Source: Candidatus Binataceae bacterium
GTDB taxonomy: Bacteria > Desulfobacterota > Binatia > Binatales > Binataceae
Assembly (NCBI GenBank): GCA_035500975.1
Contig: DATJWT010000078.1
Coordinates: forward strand, 1 to 42,239
Length of the DNA stretch: 42,239 bases
Direction: 5' to 3'
Shown piece after piece: positions 8,718-16,710 of the stretch. Made by a program: the position numbers and the translations under genes. Numbering within the stretch: position 1 is the stretch's first letter; every line of letters starts with the position of its first letter. The notes under the pieces were generated by a model, which worked only from the letters and a program-made list of their open reading frames with translations, ran no database searches and was not told the origin of the DNA.

Positions 8718-10076
8718 GTGGCCGCTGCAGTTCAGGACACCACCACTCCCAGCTTCCGCGATGTCGATCGCAGCGTGCTCCGGGTCATGGAGATGCCGGG
8801 GCGCATCTATTGGCTCTGGGTGGCCTTCTGTTTCTCGCTGGTAGCATTCGGCGGGGCGATGTGGGCGCGGCAGATCTACCAGGGCCTGGGCGTGACCGGC
8901 CTGCGGCAGCCGGTGATGTGGGCGATTTATATCACGAACTTTGTGTTCTGGGTCGGCATCGCGCACTCCGGCACGCTGATCTCGGCCATCCTCTTTCTTT
9001 TCCGCACCCGCTGGCGGACCGCGGTCTACCGTGCCGCGGAGACGATGACGCTGTTCGCCGTCGCGACGGCGGGTTTGTATCCACTGATCCATCTGGGACG
9101 CGTGTGGAACGCCTACTGGTTGCTGCCATATCCGAACGAGCGCTACCTGCAGCCGAACTTCCGATCGCCGCTGGTGTGGGATGCATTCGCGGTCTCGACC
9201 TATCTGACCATCAGCGCGCTGTTCCTGTTCATGGGATTGATTCCCGATGTCGCGAACGCACGCGAGCAATCGACCGGATGGCGAAAAACCTTCTACTCGC
9301 TGCTGGCTCTGGGATGGCAGGGGACCGACGAGCAGTGGCGGCACTACTCGATGGCCTACCTGCTGTTGGCGGGTCTCGCGACCCCGCTGGTGCTGTCGGT
9401 GCATAGCGTGGTGTCGTGGGACTTCGCGATGGCGCAGTTGCCCGGATGGCACAGCACCATCTTTGCGCCGTACTTCGTCGCGGGCGCGATTTTCTCCGGC
9501 GTCGCGATGGTTATCACGCTGCTCATCCCGATGCGCAAATGGCTGCATATCGAGGACCTCCTCACGCCGTGGCACTTCGACAATTTGGCCAAGGTGGTCC
9601 TGCTGACTTCGCTCATCGTCAGTTATTCCTACGCGACCGAAACCTTCATGACCTGGTACAGCGGCGACAAGATCGAACAGATGACGTTCCACATGCGCTA
9701 CTTCGGGCCGTGGGGTTGGATGTTCTGGGTGATGGTGCTGTGCAACTGCACTATCCCGCTGCTGCTGTTCTCACCCCGCATCCGGGTCAACCTGACCGCG
9801 CTGTGGATCATCTCGATCTTCGTGAATATCGGGATGTGGTTTGAGCGCTTCGTGATCATCGCGGGTTCGCTCGCCGTGAATTTCAACCCCTCGCAGTGGG
9901 CATTTTATCGTCCGTCGTTAACCGAGCTGTCGATCACGGTCGCCAGCTTCGCCTGGTTCCTGGGATTGTTCTCGCTCTTTGCGCGCTTCCTGCCGATCGT
10001 CTCGATGACCGAGCTTAAGGAAGGCATTGGTTGGCTGCGCAAGGCGCTTCGGAAGGATTACGAGAAGGCCGCATGA
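8718..10076 (+). CDS. actC: Alternative Complex III subunit ActC (NrfD/PsrC-like polytopic quinol-interacting subunit)
   Basis: 452 aa with about 10 TM and an NrfD-like pattern. The GTG start directly abuts the actB TAA stop (TAAGTG). Confidence 0.85.
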   Translation: MAAAVQDTTTPSFRDVDRSVLRVMEMPGRIYWLWVAFCFSLVAFGGAMWARQIYQGLGVTGLRQPVMWAIYITNFVFWVGIAHSGTLISAILFLFRTRWRTAVYRAAETMTLFAVATAGLYPLIHLGRVWNAYWLLPYPNERYLQPNFRSPLVWDAFAVSTYLTISALFLFMGLIPDVANAREQSTGWRKTFYSLLALGWQGTDEQWRHYSMAYLLLAGLATPLVLSVHSVVSWDFAMAQLPGWHSTIFAPYFVAGAIFSGVAMVITLLIPMRKWLHIEDLLTPWHFDNLAKVVLLTSLIVSYSYATETFMTWYSGDKIEQMTFHMRYFGPWGWMFWVMVLCNCTIPLLLFSPRIRVNLTALWIISIFVNIGMWFERFVIIAGSLAVNFNPSQWAFYRPSLTELSITVASFAWFLGLFSLFARFLPIVSMTELKEGIGWLRKALRKDYEKAA

Positions 10077-10585
10077 GCCCATCGATCGAAATAGTCGGTT
10101 CCTTCGCCGACGAGATGGCTTGCACCCATTGCATCGAGAAGCTGCGTGCCGTGAGGCCCGCGGCGTTGCGCGTGTTCTCTCCCATCCCGAGTCATCACAT
10201 CGAGCACGCTATCGGCAAGCCGAAGAGCCGCGTGCGCGCATTCGTGCTGACCGGCGGAGCTCTCGGTATCGTCAGTGCGATCGCGCTGACGGTGGGCACC
10301 TCGTGGGAATGGAACCTGGTCGTCGGCGGCAAACCGATCGTGTCGTGGCCTCCTTTCATTATCATCATGTTCGAGCTGATGGTGCTGTTCGGCGGCATCT
10401 CGGCGGTGTTGAGCTTTCTGTTCAACGCGCGCGTGCCCGCTTTCGAGATCGAGCGCGGATACTCCTCGCGCTTCAGCGAGGATCGTTTCGGCATCGTGGT
10501 GCGATGCGACGAAGGCCAGGGCGCGCAAGTGGAGTCCATCTTGAAGGAGTCGGGTGCGGAGGAGGTCGTTCGCGAAGCGGCCTGA
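10073..10585 (+). CDS. actD: Alternative Complex III subunit ActD (DUF3341-like)
   Basis: The ATG at 10073 overlaps the actC stop (ATGA). The product is about 170 aa with a central TM pair and no CxxCH. Its position between actC and actF matches ActD. Confidence 0.72.
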   Translation: MSPSIEIVGSFADEMACTHCIEKLRAVRPAALRVFSPIPSHHIEHAIGKPKSRVRAFVLTGGALGIVSAIALTVGTSWEWNLVVGGKPIVSWPPFIIIMFELMVLFGGISAVLSFLFNARVPAFEIERGYSSRFSEDRFGIVVRCDEGQGAQVESILKESGAEEVVREAA

Positions 10586-10613
10586 CGCCGCCGCGACGAA
10601 GCTGGTCTGAATT

Positions 10614-11825
10614 ATGACCGCCGAATCACAAGCGCTGCGCACAAACTCTCCCGCCGAGGCTCCCGATGCGACGCCGGTGGCAAGCGGTGCGTTCAAGGGA
10701 TTGCTCGCGGTGCTGGTGCTGACGGGAATCGTCGGATTCGTGGCGGGACTTTCGAGCGGCAACGCCGACCGGGTGTGGCAGGCATACCTTGTGAACTTCC
10801 TGGTGTGGATCGGAATCGCGCAAGGCGGGGTGGTGCTTTCCGCGGCGTTTTACCTGACGCAGGGGAGATGGGCCGGCACCACGCAGTTTCGACTTGCAGA
10901 AGCGTTCGTCGGATTCATTCCCGTGGGCTTCGTGCTGTTCTGGGGGCTCTACTTCGGCCGCACGATGATCTTTCCGTGGGTGCTGCATCCGATCGCGCAG
11001 AAGGCCGCGTGGCTCAACACGCCCTTTCTGTTCGCGCGCGATGGAATCGGGCTGCTGCTGATGACCCTGCTGAGCCTGGCGCTGGTACGTATCTCACGCG
11101 GGCCGCAGGCCGCCGCATGGCAACGCAATCCCAACGACATCGAGCTGCCGCCGCCGGCAATCCGCAAAGTCGCTCCCACCCTCGGCATTCTTTTCGTGGT
11201 GGTGTACTCGCTGATCGCGTTTGACCTGGTGATGTCGCTGTCGCCGCAGTGGCACAGCACGCTCTTCGGATGGTTCTTTTTCGCCGGAGCTTTCTGGAGC
11301 GCGATCGTCGCGATCGCGCTGACCGCGGTGATCCTGCGCGGGCGGCTGGGCCCTCGTAACGCCTTGCGCAATCCGACCGTCCTGCACGACATCGGCAAGC
11401 TGGTCTTCGCGTTTTCGATTTTCTGGATCTACCTGGTCTTCGCCCAGTACATCGTTATCTGGTACGGGGACATCCCGGTCGAAACCTTTTTCATCGTTCA
11501 TCGCTTCTACGTCATGCCGTGGCAGGCGGTTTCCTACGTCGTGGTGCTCCTGATGTGGGCGGCGCCATTCATCGTTCTACTTGGCGTGCGGCCAAAGAAG
11601 ACGCCGGCAATCCTTGGAACGATCGCGCTCGGCGGAATCGTCGGCGTATGGCTCGAGCGCTACCTGCTGGTCGTGCCGTCGCTCTCGCCGCACGTGCTGC
11701 CGCTCGGATGGGTCGAGGTGCTGATCACGCTCGGCTTCTTTGGGGCGTTCATGCTGTGCGCGTTGCCAGGGCTCGACTTGGCGGCGGCCGCCGCGACCGC
11801 TGAAACGTGGGAGGGTCACGAATGA
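10614..11825 (+). CDS. actF: Alternative Complex III subunit ActF (second NrfD-like membrane subunit)
   Basis: 403 aa, polytopic and paralogous in pattern to ActC (WHSTLFGWFFFAGAF versus WHSTIFAPYFVAGAI). Its stop overlaps the coxB ATG. Confidence 0.8.
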   Translation: MTAESQALRTNSPAEAPDATPVASGAFKGLLAVLVLTGIVGFVAGLSSGNADRVWQAYLVNFLVWIGIAQGGVVLSAAFYLTQGRWAGTTQFRLAEAFVGFIPVGFVLFWGLYFGRTMIFPWVLHPIAQKAAWLNTPFLFARDGIGLLLMTLLSLALVRISRGPQAAAWQRNPNDIELPPPAIRKVAPTLGILFVVVYSLIAFDLVMSLSPQWHSTLFGWFFFAGAFWSAIVAIALTAVILRGRLGPRNALRNPTVLHDIGKLVFAFSIFWIYLVFAQYIVIWYGDIPVETFFIVHRFYVMPWQAVSYVVVLLMWAAPFIVLLGVRPKKTPAILGTIALGGIVGVWLERYLLVVPSLSPHVLPLGWVEVLITLGFFGAFMLCALPGLDLAAAAATAETWEGHE

Positions 11826-12841
11826 GTCGGCGTTCCGCTTTGATCCGCACCATCGCGCTGCTCATGCCGGTGCTCTCGGGATGCACTGCGAGCCGCGAGC
11901 TGCCGATGACCACGCTTGCGCCCAAGTCGGACCTGGCCGACTGGATTTATCACCTGTTCCTGGAAGTCACGCTCTGGGATGCGGGTATCCTGGCGATCGT
12001 CCTGGTCGCCTTCGTGCTGGCCGTGTTTGTTTTCTCGACGCGGGTCGGCGAGGCGGCTCCGCCAAAATCTGCCGCATCGGACCTCGGCCTCGAGGTCGCC
12101 TGGACCATCGGGCCCGCGCTGGTGGTGCTGATGATCTCGATCCCCACGGTGCGGACCATTTTCCGATCTCAACCGCGAATCGCACCCGAGGGTGCGTTGC
12201 ATATCAAGGTCACCGCGCATCAATGGTGGTGGGAATTTCAGTACGAAGATTCGGGGGTCAAGACCGCCAACGAACTCCATCTTCCGATCGGACGTCCGAT
12301 TCGTCTCGACCTGGTCTCTGCCGATGTCATCCACAGCTTCTGGGTACCGCAGCTCGGCGGCAAGCGCGACGTGGTGCCGGGGCAGATCAACGAGCTGACC
12401 TTCGTCGCGCAGATCCCGGGCACTTACCCGGGCCAGTGCGCGGAATTCTGCGGCGACTCGCACGCCAACATGCGCTTTCGCGCGATGGTCGAGACGCCGG
12501 ATCAATTCGCGGCGTGGACTGCCCAACAACTCAAGCCGCCCCTGGCCGCCAGCCAGATAGCCGATCCCGCGGCTGCGGACGGTGCGAAAATGTTCGCTAA
12601 CAGCCCGTGCGTGACCTGCCATCGAATCGAAGGGGTATCCAAAGGTTACATTGCGCCGGATCTTTCGCACTTCGGCGGACGCACCACGATGGCCGGTGGC
12701 ATCATGCCCAACACACCCGAGAACGTCGCCCGCTGGATCACTGATCCGCAAGCATTGAAGCCCGGAGCGGAGATGCCGGCGCTCGGATTGCGTGGCCAGC
12801 AACTCAACGACCTCGTCGCGTACCTGGAGAGCCTCAAGTAA
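11822..12841 (+). CDS. coxB: Cytochrome c oxidase subunit II with a C-terminal fused cytochrome c domain (caa3-type); probable lipoprotein
   Basis: The ATG at 11822 follows a GGGAGG RBS and overlaps the actF stop. The lipobox is LSGC. The CuA motif is HSFWVPQLGGKRD...CAEFCGDSHANM. The C-terminal CVTCH haem c site is followed by a distal Met region. Confidence 0.9.
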   Translation: MSRRSALIRTIALLMPVLSGCTASRELPMTTLAPKSDLADWIYHLFLEVTLWDAGILAIVLVAFVLAVFVFSTRVGEAAPPKSAASDLGLEVAWTIGPALVVLMISIPTVRTIFRSQPRIAPEGALHIKVTAHQWWWEFQYEDSGVKTANELHLPIGRPIRLDLVSADVIHSFWVPQLGGKRDVVPGQINELTFVAQIPGTYPGQCAEFCGDSHANMRFRAMVETPDQFAAWTAQQLKPPLAASQIADPAAADGAKMFANSPCVTCHRIEGVSKGYIAPDLSHFGGRTTMAGGIMPNTPENVARWITDPQALKPGAEMPALGLRGQQLNDLVAYLESLK

Positions 12842-12853
12842 GGGAGCGCGGTA

Positions 12854-15328
12854 ATGGCTGCCCAACCGAAATCAATTCACGTCGAGTCGGCGAATTACCT
12901 GCGGGGTGGTGGACTGCTCGGCTGGCTCACGACCGTCGACCACAAACGTATCGCGGTATTGTACGGCGTCGCGGCGTTGTTCTTCCTCGCGCTTGGCGGC
13001 CTCGAGGCGATGTTCATCCGGATCCAGCTCTGGGCCCCTGGCGAACACTTCGTCAGCGCGCGGACCTACAACGAGCTCTTCACGATGCACGGGACCTCGA
13101 TGCTGTTCCTGGCGGTGATGCCGTTGCTGCTGGGAACGTTCGCGAATTTCATGCTGCCGCTGCAGATCGGCGCGCGCGACGTGGCTTTTCCGCGCATCAA
13201 CGCCTTGAGCTTCTGGGTCTCGCTGATGGCCGCGATCATCCTGCACCTGGGATGGTTCTTCGGCGGACTACCGAACGCAGGATGGTTTGGGTACGCAAAC
13301 CTGACCGAGCGGATGTACTCGCCGGGACTGCCCCTGGATTTCTGGACCGTGGGCCTGATCGTCTCGGGAGCGTCGACCATCCTCGCGACCCTGAATTTCC
13401 TGGTGACGCTGATTACGATGCGCGCGCCCGGCATGACCTATATGCGCATGCCGATGTTCTGCTGGGCGATCATGATCACCTCGATCCTGGTGCTGCTGGC
13501 GTTCCCGCCGCTGACGGTCGGCCTGATTTTCCTGCTCCTCGATCGTTTCTTCGACACGCATTTTTACGTGGTGGCCGCCGGCGCGACGCCGATCCTGTGG
13601 CAGCACCTGTTCTGGCTGTTCGGGCATCCGGAGGTTTACATCATCGCGCTGCCGGCCTTCGGGGTAATTTCCGAAGTGGTCCCAACCTTCTCGCGCAAGC
13701 CGCTGTTCGGCTACCCGATGATGGCGTACTCGATCTGCCTGATCGCTTTTCTGTCGTACGGCGTCTGGGGCCATCACATGTTCGCGACCGGCATGGGGCC
13801 GGTGGCGGATGCCGCGTTCGCGGTGACCTCGATGCTGATTGCGATTCCCACCGGGATCAAGATTTTCAGCTGGATCGCCACGGTGTGGGGTGGGTCGTTG
13901 CGGATGACGACCGCCTTCTACTTTGCGCTCGGCATGATCGTCGAGTTCACCTTCGGCGGCCTGTCCGGCATCATGCACGCCTCTGCGCCGATCGACCTGC
14001 AGCAGACCGATTCGTATTTCGTCATCGCGCACTTCCACTACGTGCTCTTCGGCGGCGCGGTCTTCGCGATCCTGGCCGGCATCTACTACTGGTGGCCGAA
14101 AGTTACCGGCCGCATGATGAGCGAGCGGCTTGGCAAGCTGCAGTTCTGGCTGACGATTGTCGGTTTCAACGGCACCTTCTTCCCGATGCACTTTCTTGGG
14201 ATGTGGGGCATGCCGCGGCGCATCTACACCTACGGCGAAGGGCTGGGATGGACGGGACTCAACCAGCTCGAGACGGTGTGTGCGATGATTCTCGGCCTCG
14301 CGTTCCTGGTCATGTACATCAACATGATCTGGAGCATCGCGCGCGGCGAGAAAGCTCCCGCCGATCCCTGGGATGGACGCAGCCTCGAATGGTCGGTCGC
14401 GTCGCCGCCGCCGGTCTACAACTTCGCCCGGATTCCCGAAGTGCGCGGCCGCGACGCCTGGTGGGTGATCAAGTACGGGCGCACCGGGTCGCGCGGAATC
14501 GCGGCCTACATGTCCGGCAGGCCAATCCAGCCGTCGGAGGCCGACCTGGCGCCGCCGACCGAACCGATCCACATGCCGGCCCCGTCGATTCTCCCGCTCG
14601 TCATCGCGCTCGGCGTGTTCATCGCGAGCCTCGGCTTTGTCGTCGGACAATGGCGCATCGTGATTCTCGGTGCATTGACGGCCGTGATGTCTGTAATCGG
14701 GATGGGCTACGAATACCCGACCTACGGTGAAGAGTCGCATGATCCGATGGCGGCACCGTCGTCGGGTGGAATCGACGTGCGCAAGGTGGGTGTGTGGGGC
14801 TTCATCGGATCCGAGTGCCTGTTCTTCGCGAGCCTGATTGCCACCTACATCATCTATAAGGGGCGCAACGTGGGAGGGCCCGGCGCGGAAATCCTCAAGA
14901 TCCCGCTGACCTCGTTCAGCACCTTCGCACTCTTGATGTCGAGCCTCGCGATGGTGTTGGCGCTCAACGCGATACAGCGCAACGACAAGCGCTGGATGCG
15001 GGTGTGGCTCGGATGCACGATCGGGTTGGGTCTCGTGTTCGTGGGCGTGGAGGCTTACGAGTTCACGCACTTTTATTGGGAAGGGCTATCGTTGCAGACG
15101 GACCTGTTCGGGCAATCGTTCTACACGCTGGTGGGGTTCCACGGCGCGCACGTCAGTATCGGAGTCTTGTGGCTGGCGACTTTGTGGTGCGCCTCGTTCA
15201 GTCCGAAGTTCGACGCGCGCCGATCGCTTGCGGTCGAGCTGGGAGGGCTTTACTGGCACTTCGTCGATATCGTGTGGGTGATAATTTTCACCCTCGTCTA
15301 TCTGATGCAGCAGGTTAAGGGAGCATGA
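12854..15328 (+). CDS. coxA: Cytochrome c oxidase subunit I fused to subunit III
   Basis: 824 aa. The subunit I hallmarks are GHPEVYI, WGHHMF and HFHYVLFGG. The C-terminal roughly 200 aa carry a subunit III signature (FHGAHVSIG..., LYWHFVDIVWVIIF). This fusion architecture is known from Thermus caa3. Confidence 0.92.
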   Translation: MAAQPKSIHVESANYLRGGGLLGWLTTVDHKRIAVLYGVAALFFLALGGLEAMFIRIQLWAPGEHFVSARTYNELFTMHGTSMLFLAVMPLLLGTFANFMLPLQIGARDVAFPRINALSFWVSLMAAIILHLGWFFGGLPNAGWFGYANLTERMYSPGLPLDFWTVGLIVSGASTILATLNFLVTLITMRAPGMTYMRMPMFCWAIMITSILVLLAFPPLTVGLIFLLLDRFFDTHFYVVAAGATPILWQHLFWLFGHPEVYIIALPAFGVISEVVPTFSRKPLFGYPMMAYSICLIAFLSYGVWGHHMFATGMGPVADAAFAVTSMLIAIPTGIKIFSWIATVWGGSLRMTTAFYFALGMIVEFTFGGLSGIMHASAPIDLQQTDSYFVIAHFHYVLFGGAVFAILAGIYYWWPKVTGRMMSERLGKLQFWLTIVGFNGTFFPMHFLGMWGMPRRIYTYGEGLGWTGLNQLETVCAMILGLAFLVMYINMIWSIARGEKAPADPWDGRSLEWSVASPPPVYNFARIPEVRGRDAWWVIKYGRTGSRGIAAYMSGRPIQPSEADLAPPTEPIHMPAPSILPLVIALGVFIASLGFVVGQWRIVILGALTAVMSVIGMGYEYPTYGEESHDPMAAPSSGGIDVRKVGVWGFIGSECLFFASLIATYIIYKGRNVGGPGAEILKIPLTSFSTFALLMSSLAMVLALNAIQRNDKRWMRVWLGCTIGLGLVFVGVEAYEFTHFYWEGLSLQTDLFGQSFYTLVGFHGAHVSIGVLWLATLWCASFSPKFDARRSLAVELGGLYWHFVDIVWVIIFTLVYLMQQVKGA

Positions 15329-15663
15329 GCGAGGCAACACACGCGGCGGAAGCCATCGATACTCACGGTCACGAGCAGCATCACCCGGGTGTCGGCATCT
15401 ACCTGATTGTCGCGCTCTTCCTGTGTGCGTTGACCGCGATGGAGATCACGGTGTTTTACGTGCCGGCCCTGAAGGCCGTGATCGTGCCGGTCCTGCTCGC
15501 ACTTGCGGCAGCGAAGTTCGCGCTGATCGCGATGTTCTTCATGCACCTGAAGTACGACAGCTGGACCCTGAGCGGCATCTTCATCTTCCCGCTGATCATC
15601 GCGACCGTGATGCTGGTCGCGATGCTGATGTTGTTCGCTTACCTGTCGCATCACATGGCTTGA
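15325..15663 (+). CDS. Cytochrome c oxidase subunit IV (prokaryotic COX4 family)
   Basis: 112 aa with 3 TM and an N-terminal HGHEQHHPGVGIYLIVALFLCALTAMEI pattern. The ATG overlaps the coxA stop (ATGA). Confidence 0.7.
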   Translation: MSEATHAAEAIDTHGHEQHHPGVGIYLIVALFLCALTAMEITVFYVPALKAVIVPVLLALAAAKFALIAMFFMHLKYDSWTLSGIFIFPLIIATVMLVAMLMLFAYLSHHMA

Positions 15664-15669
15664 GGCCGG

Positions 15670-16476
15670 GTGACCATGGACTTCGACTTCCTGGGTGAGC
15701 ATCCAAGTATTCCAATCGGATGCGCAGTGCTGGCCGCCCTCTATTGCGGCGCAGGCTGGCTGACTGGACGCCGACCAACGCGCCGGCAGGCAGCGTGGTT
15801 CGCCCTTGCCCTGGGCGTGATTCTCTACACGCATACCGGGATCGATGAATTCGCGGACGATCGGATATTCTTCATGCACATGCTGCAGCATCTGCTGCAG
15901 ACGTTTGTCATTCCGCCGCTGCTCCTGCTCGGCACGCCGGATTGGATGCTGCGGCCGTGGGTGCTGAGCCGACCTATCCGGCCGGTCGCCCGCTTTTTGA
16001 CCAATCCGCTGGTGGCGTTTTTGATCTTCTCGGCCATGTTCGTGAGCGCGCACTTTCCGGCGGTCTTCGACCTGATGTGCCGCGACGAGAATTTTCACAT
16101 CTTCCTGCATCTCTGCTTCATGGCGAGCGGCGTGCTGCTGTGGTGGCCGATCCTTAGCCCGTTGCCGGAGCTACCCCGGCTCTCTTATCCTGCGCAAATC
16201 ATGTACCTGTTCCTGCTTATGATCCCGATGACGGCGGTTGCGGCGCCAATCACGCTGGCCAACTCGGTGATCTATCCGTGGTACCTCGAAGGTCCGCACG
16301 GATGGGGCATCAAGCCGATGGACGACCAGGTGCTGGGCGGGTTGCTGATGTGGATAGGGCAGGGGACCTACCTGATGGGGGTGTTCACGGCGATTTTCTT
16401 CAAGTGGTCACGCAAGGAAGATCAGGACACTCCCGCCCTGGTAGAATCCCGACCCAAGCTACAGGTCGTATCCTGA
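15670..16476 (+). CDS. ctaG: Cytochrome c oxidase assembly factor, Caa3_CtaG family
   Basis: Polytopic, with FFMHMLQHLLQTFVIPPLLLLGTP and LHLCFMASGVLLWWP motifs typical of Caa3_CtaG. The start is ambiguous between GTG 15670 and ATG 15676. Confidence 0.78.
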   Translation: MTMDFDFLGEHPSIPIGCAVLAALYCGAGWLTGRRPTRRQAAWFALALGVILYTHTGIDEFADDRIFFMHMLQHLLQTFVIPPLLLLGTPDWMLRPWVLSRPIRPVARFLTNPLVAFLIFSAMFVSAHFPAVFDLMCRDENFHIFLHLCFMASGVLLWWPILSPLPELPRLSYPAQIMYLFLLMIPMTAVAAPITLANSVIYPWYLEGPHGWGIKPMDDQVLGGLLMWIGQGTYLMGVFTAIFFKWSRKEDQDTPALVESRPKLQVVS

Positions 16477-16710
16477 GGTTCGGCCAGGGTCCGCGAGAAA
16501 TGGGGTGACGCAAACTGGCATCACCGTACGCCCTATCTTGACCTCAGAACACCCCGCGTAGTAAAAGTGGCCACTTTACGCATCTCTGTTCGACGTCTGT
16601 CATACGCGCGCTTTTAGTTGGCCTCGCCGACGCTTCAAATCTCCCGCAGAGTGCATCGGAAGTTCAGAATCGTCCGGAAATGCAGTCACCGCTACAGGTA
16701 AGGGGGCGAG

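Noticed and set aside
7365-9692. 775-aa ORF on the minus strand
   Set aside because: It is entirely antisense to actB and actC, whose translations carry unmistakable family motifs. The product is extremely Arg/His/Gln/Asp-rich with no hydrophobic core or motifs. This is the typical spurious long antisense ORF of high-GC DNA.
11740-12600. 286-aa plus-strand ORF overlapping the actF/coxB junction
   Set aside because: It is an alternative frame of coxB with an Arg/Gly/Pro-rich product. The coxB frame carries the CuA and haem c motifs.
13268-15070. 600-aa minus-strand ORF and the 492-aa plus-strand alternative frame (13252-14730)
   Set aside because: Both overlap the cytochrome oxidase subunit I+III gene, which is validated by GHPEVY/HHMF/HFHY motifs. 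Their products are Arg/Asp/His-rich low-complexity sequence.
16515-16530. TGGCAT-N-...-ACGC sigma-54-like sequence upstream of the thaumatin-like gene
   Set aside because: The GG-to-GC spacing is one nucleotide too long and the -12 element is TACGC. Sigma-54 promoters do not tolerate spacing changes.
16538-16564. TTGACC ... TAGTAA sigma-70-like pair upstream of the thaumatin-like gene
   Set aside because: The spacer is only 15 nt and the -10 matches 4 of 6 positions. This is too weak to report as a feature.
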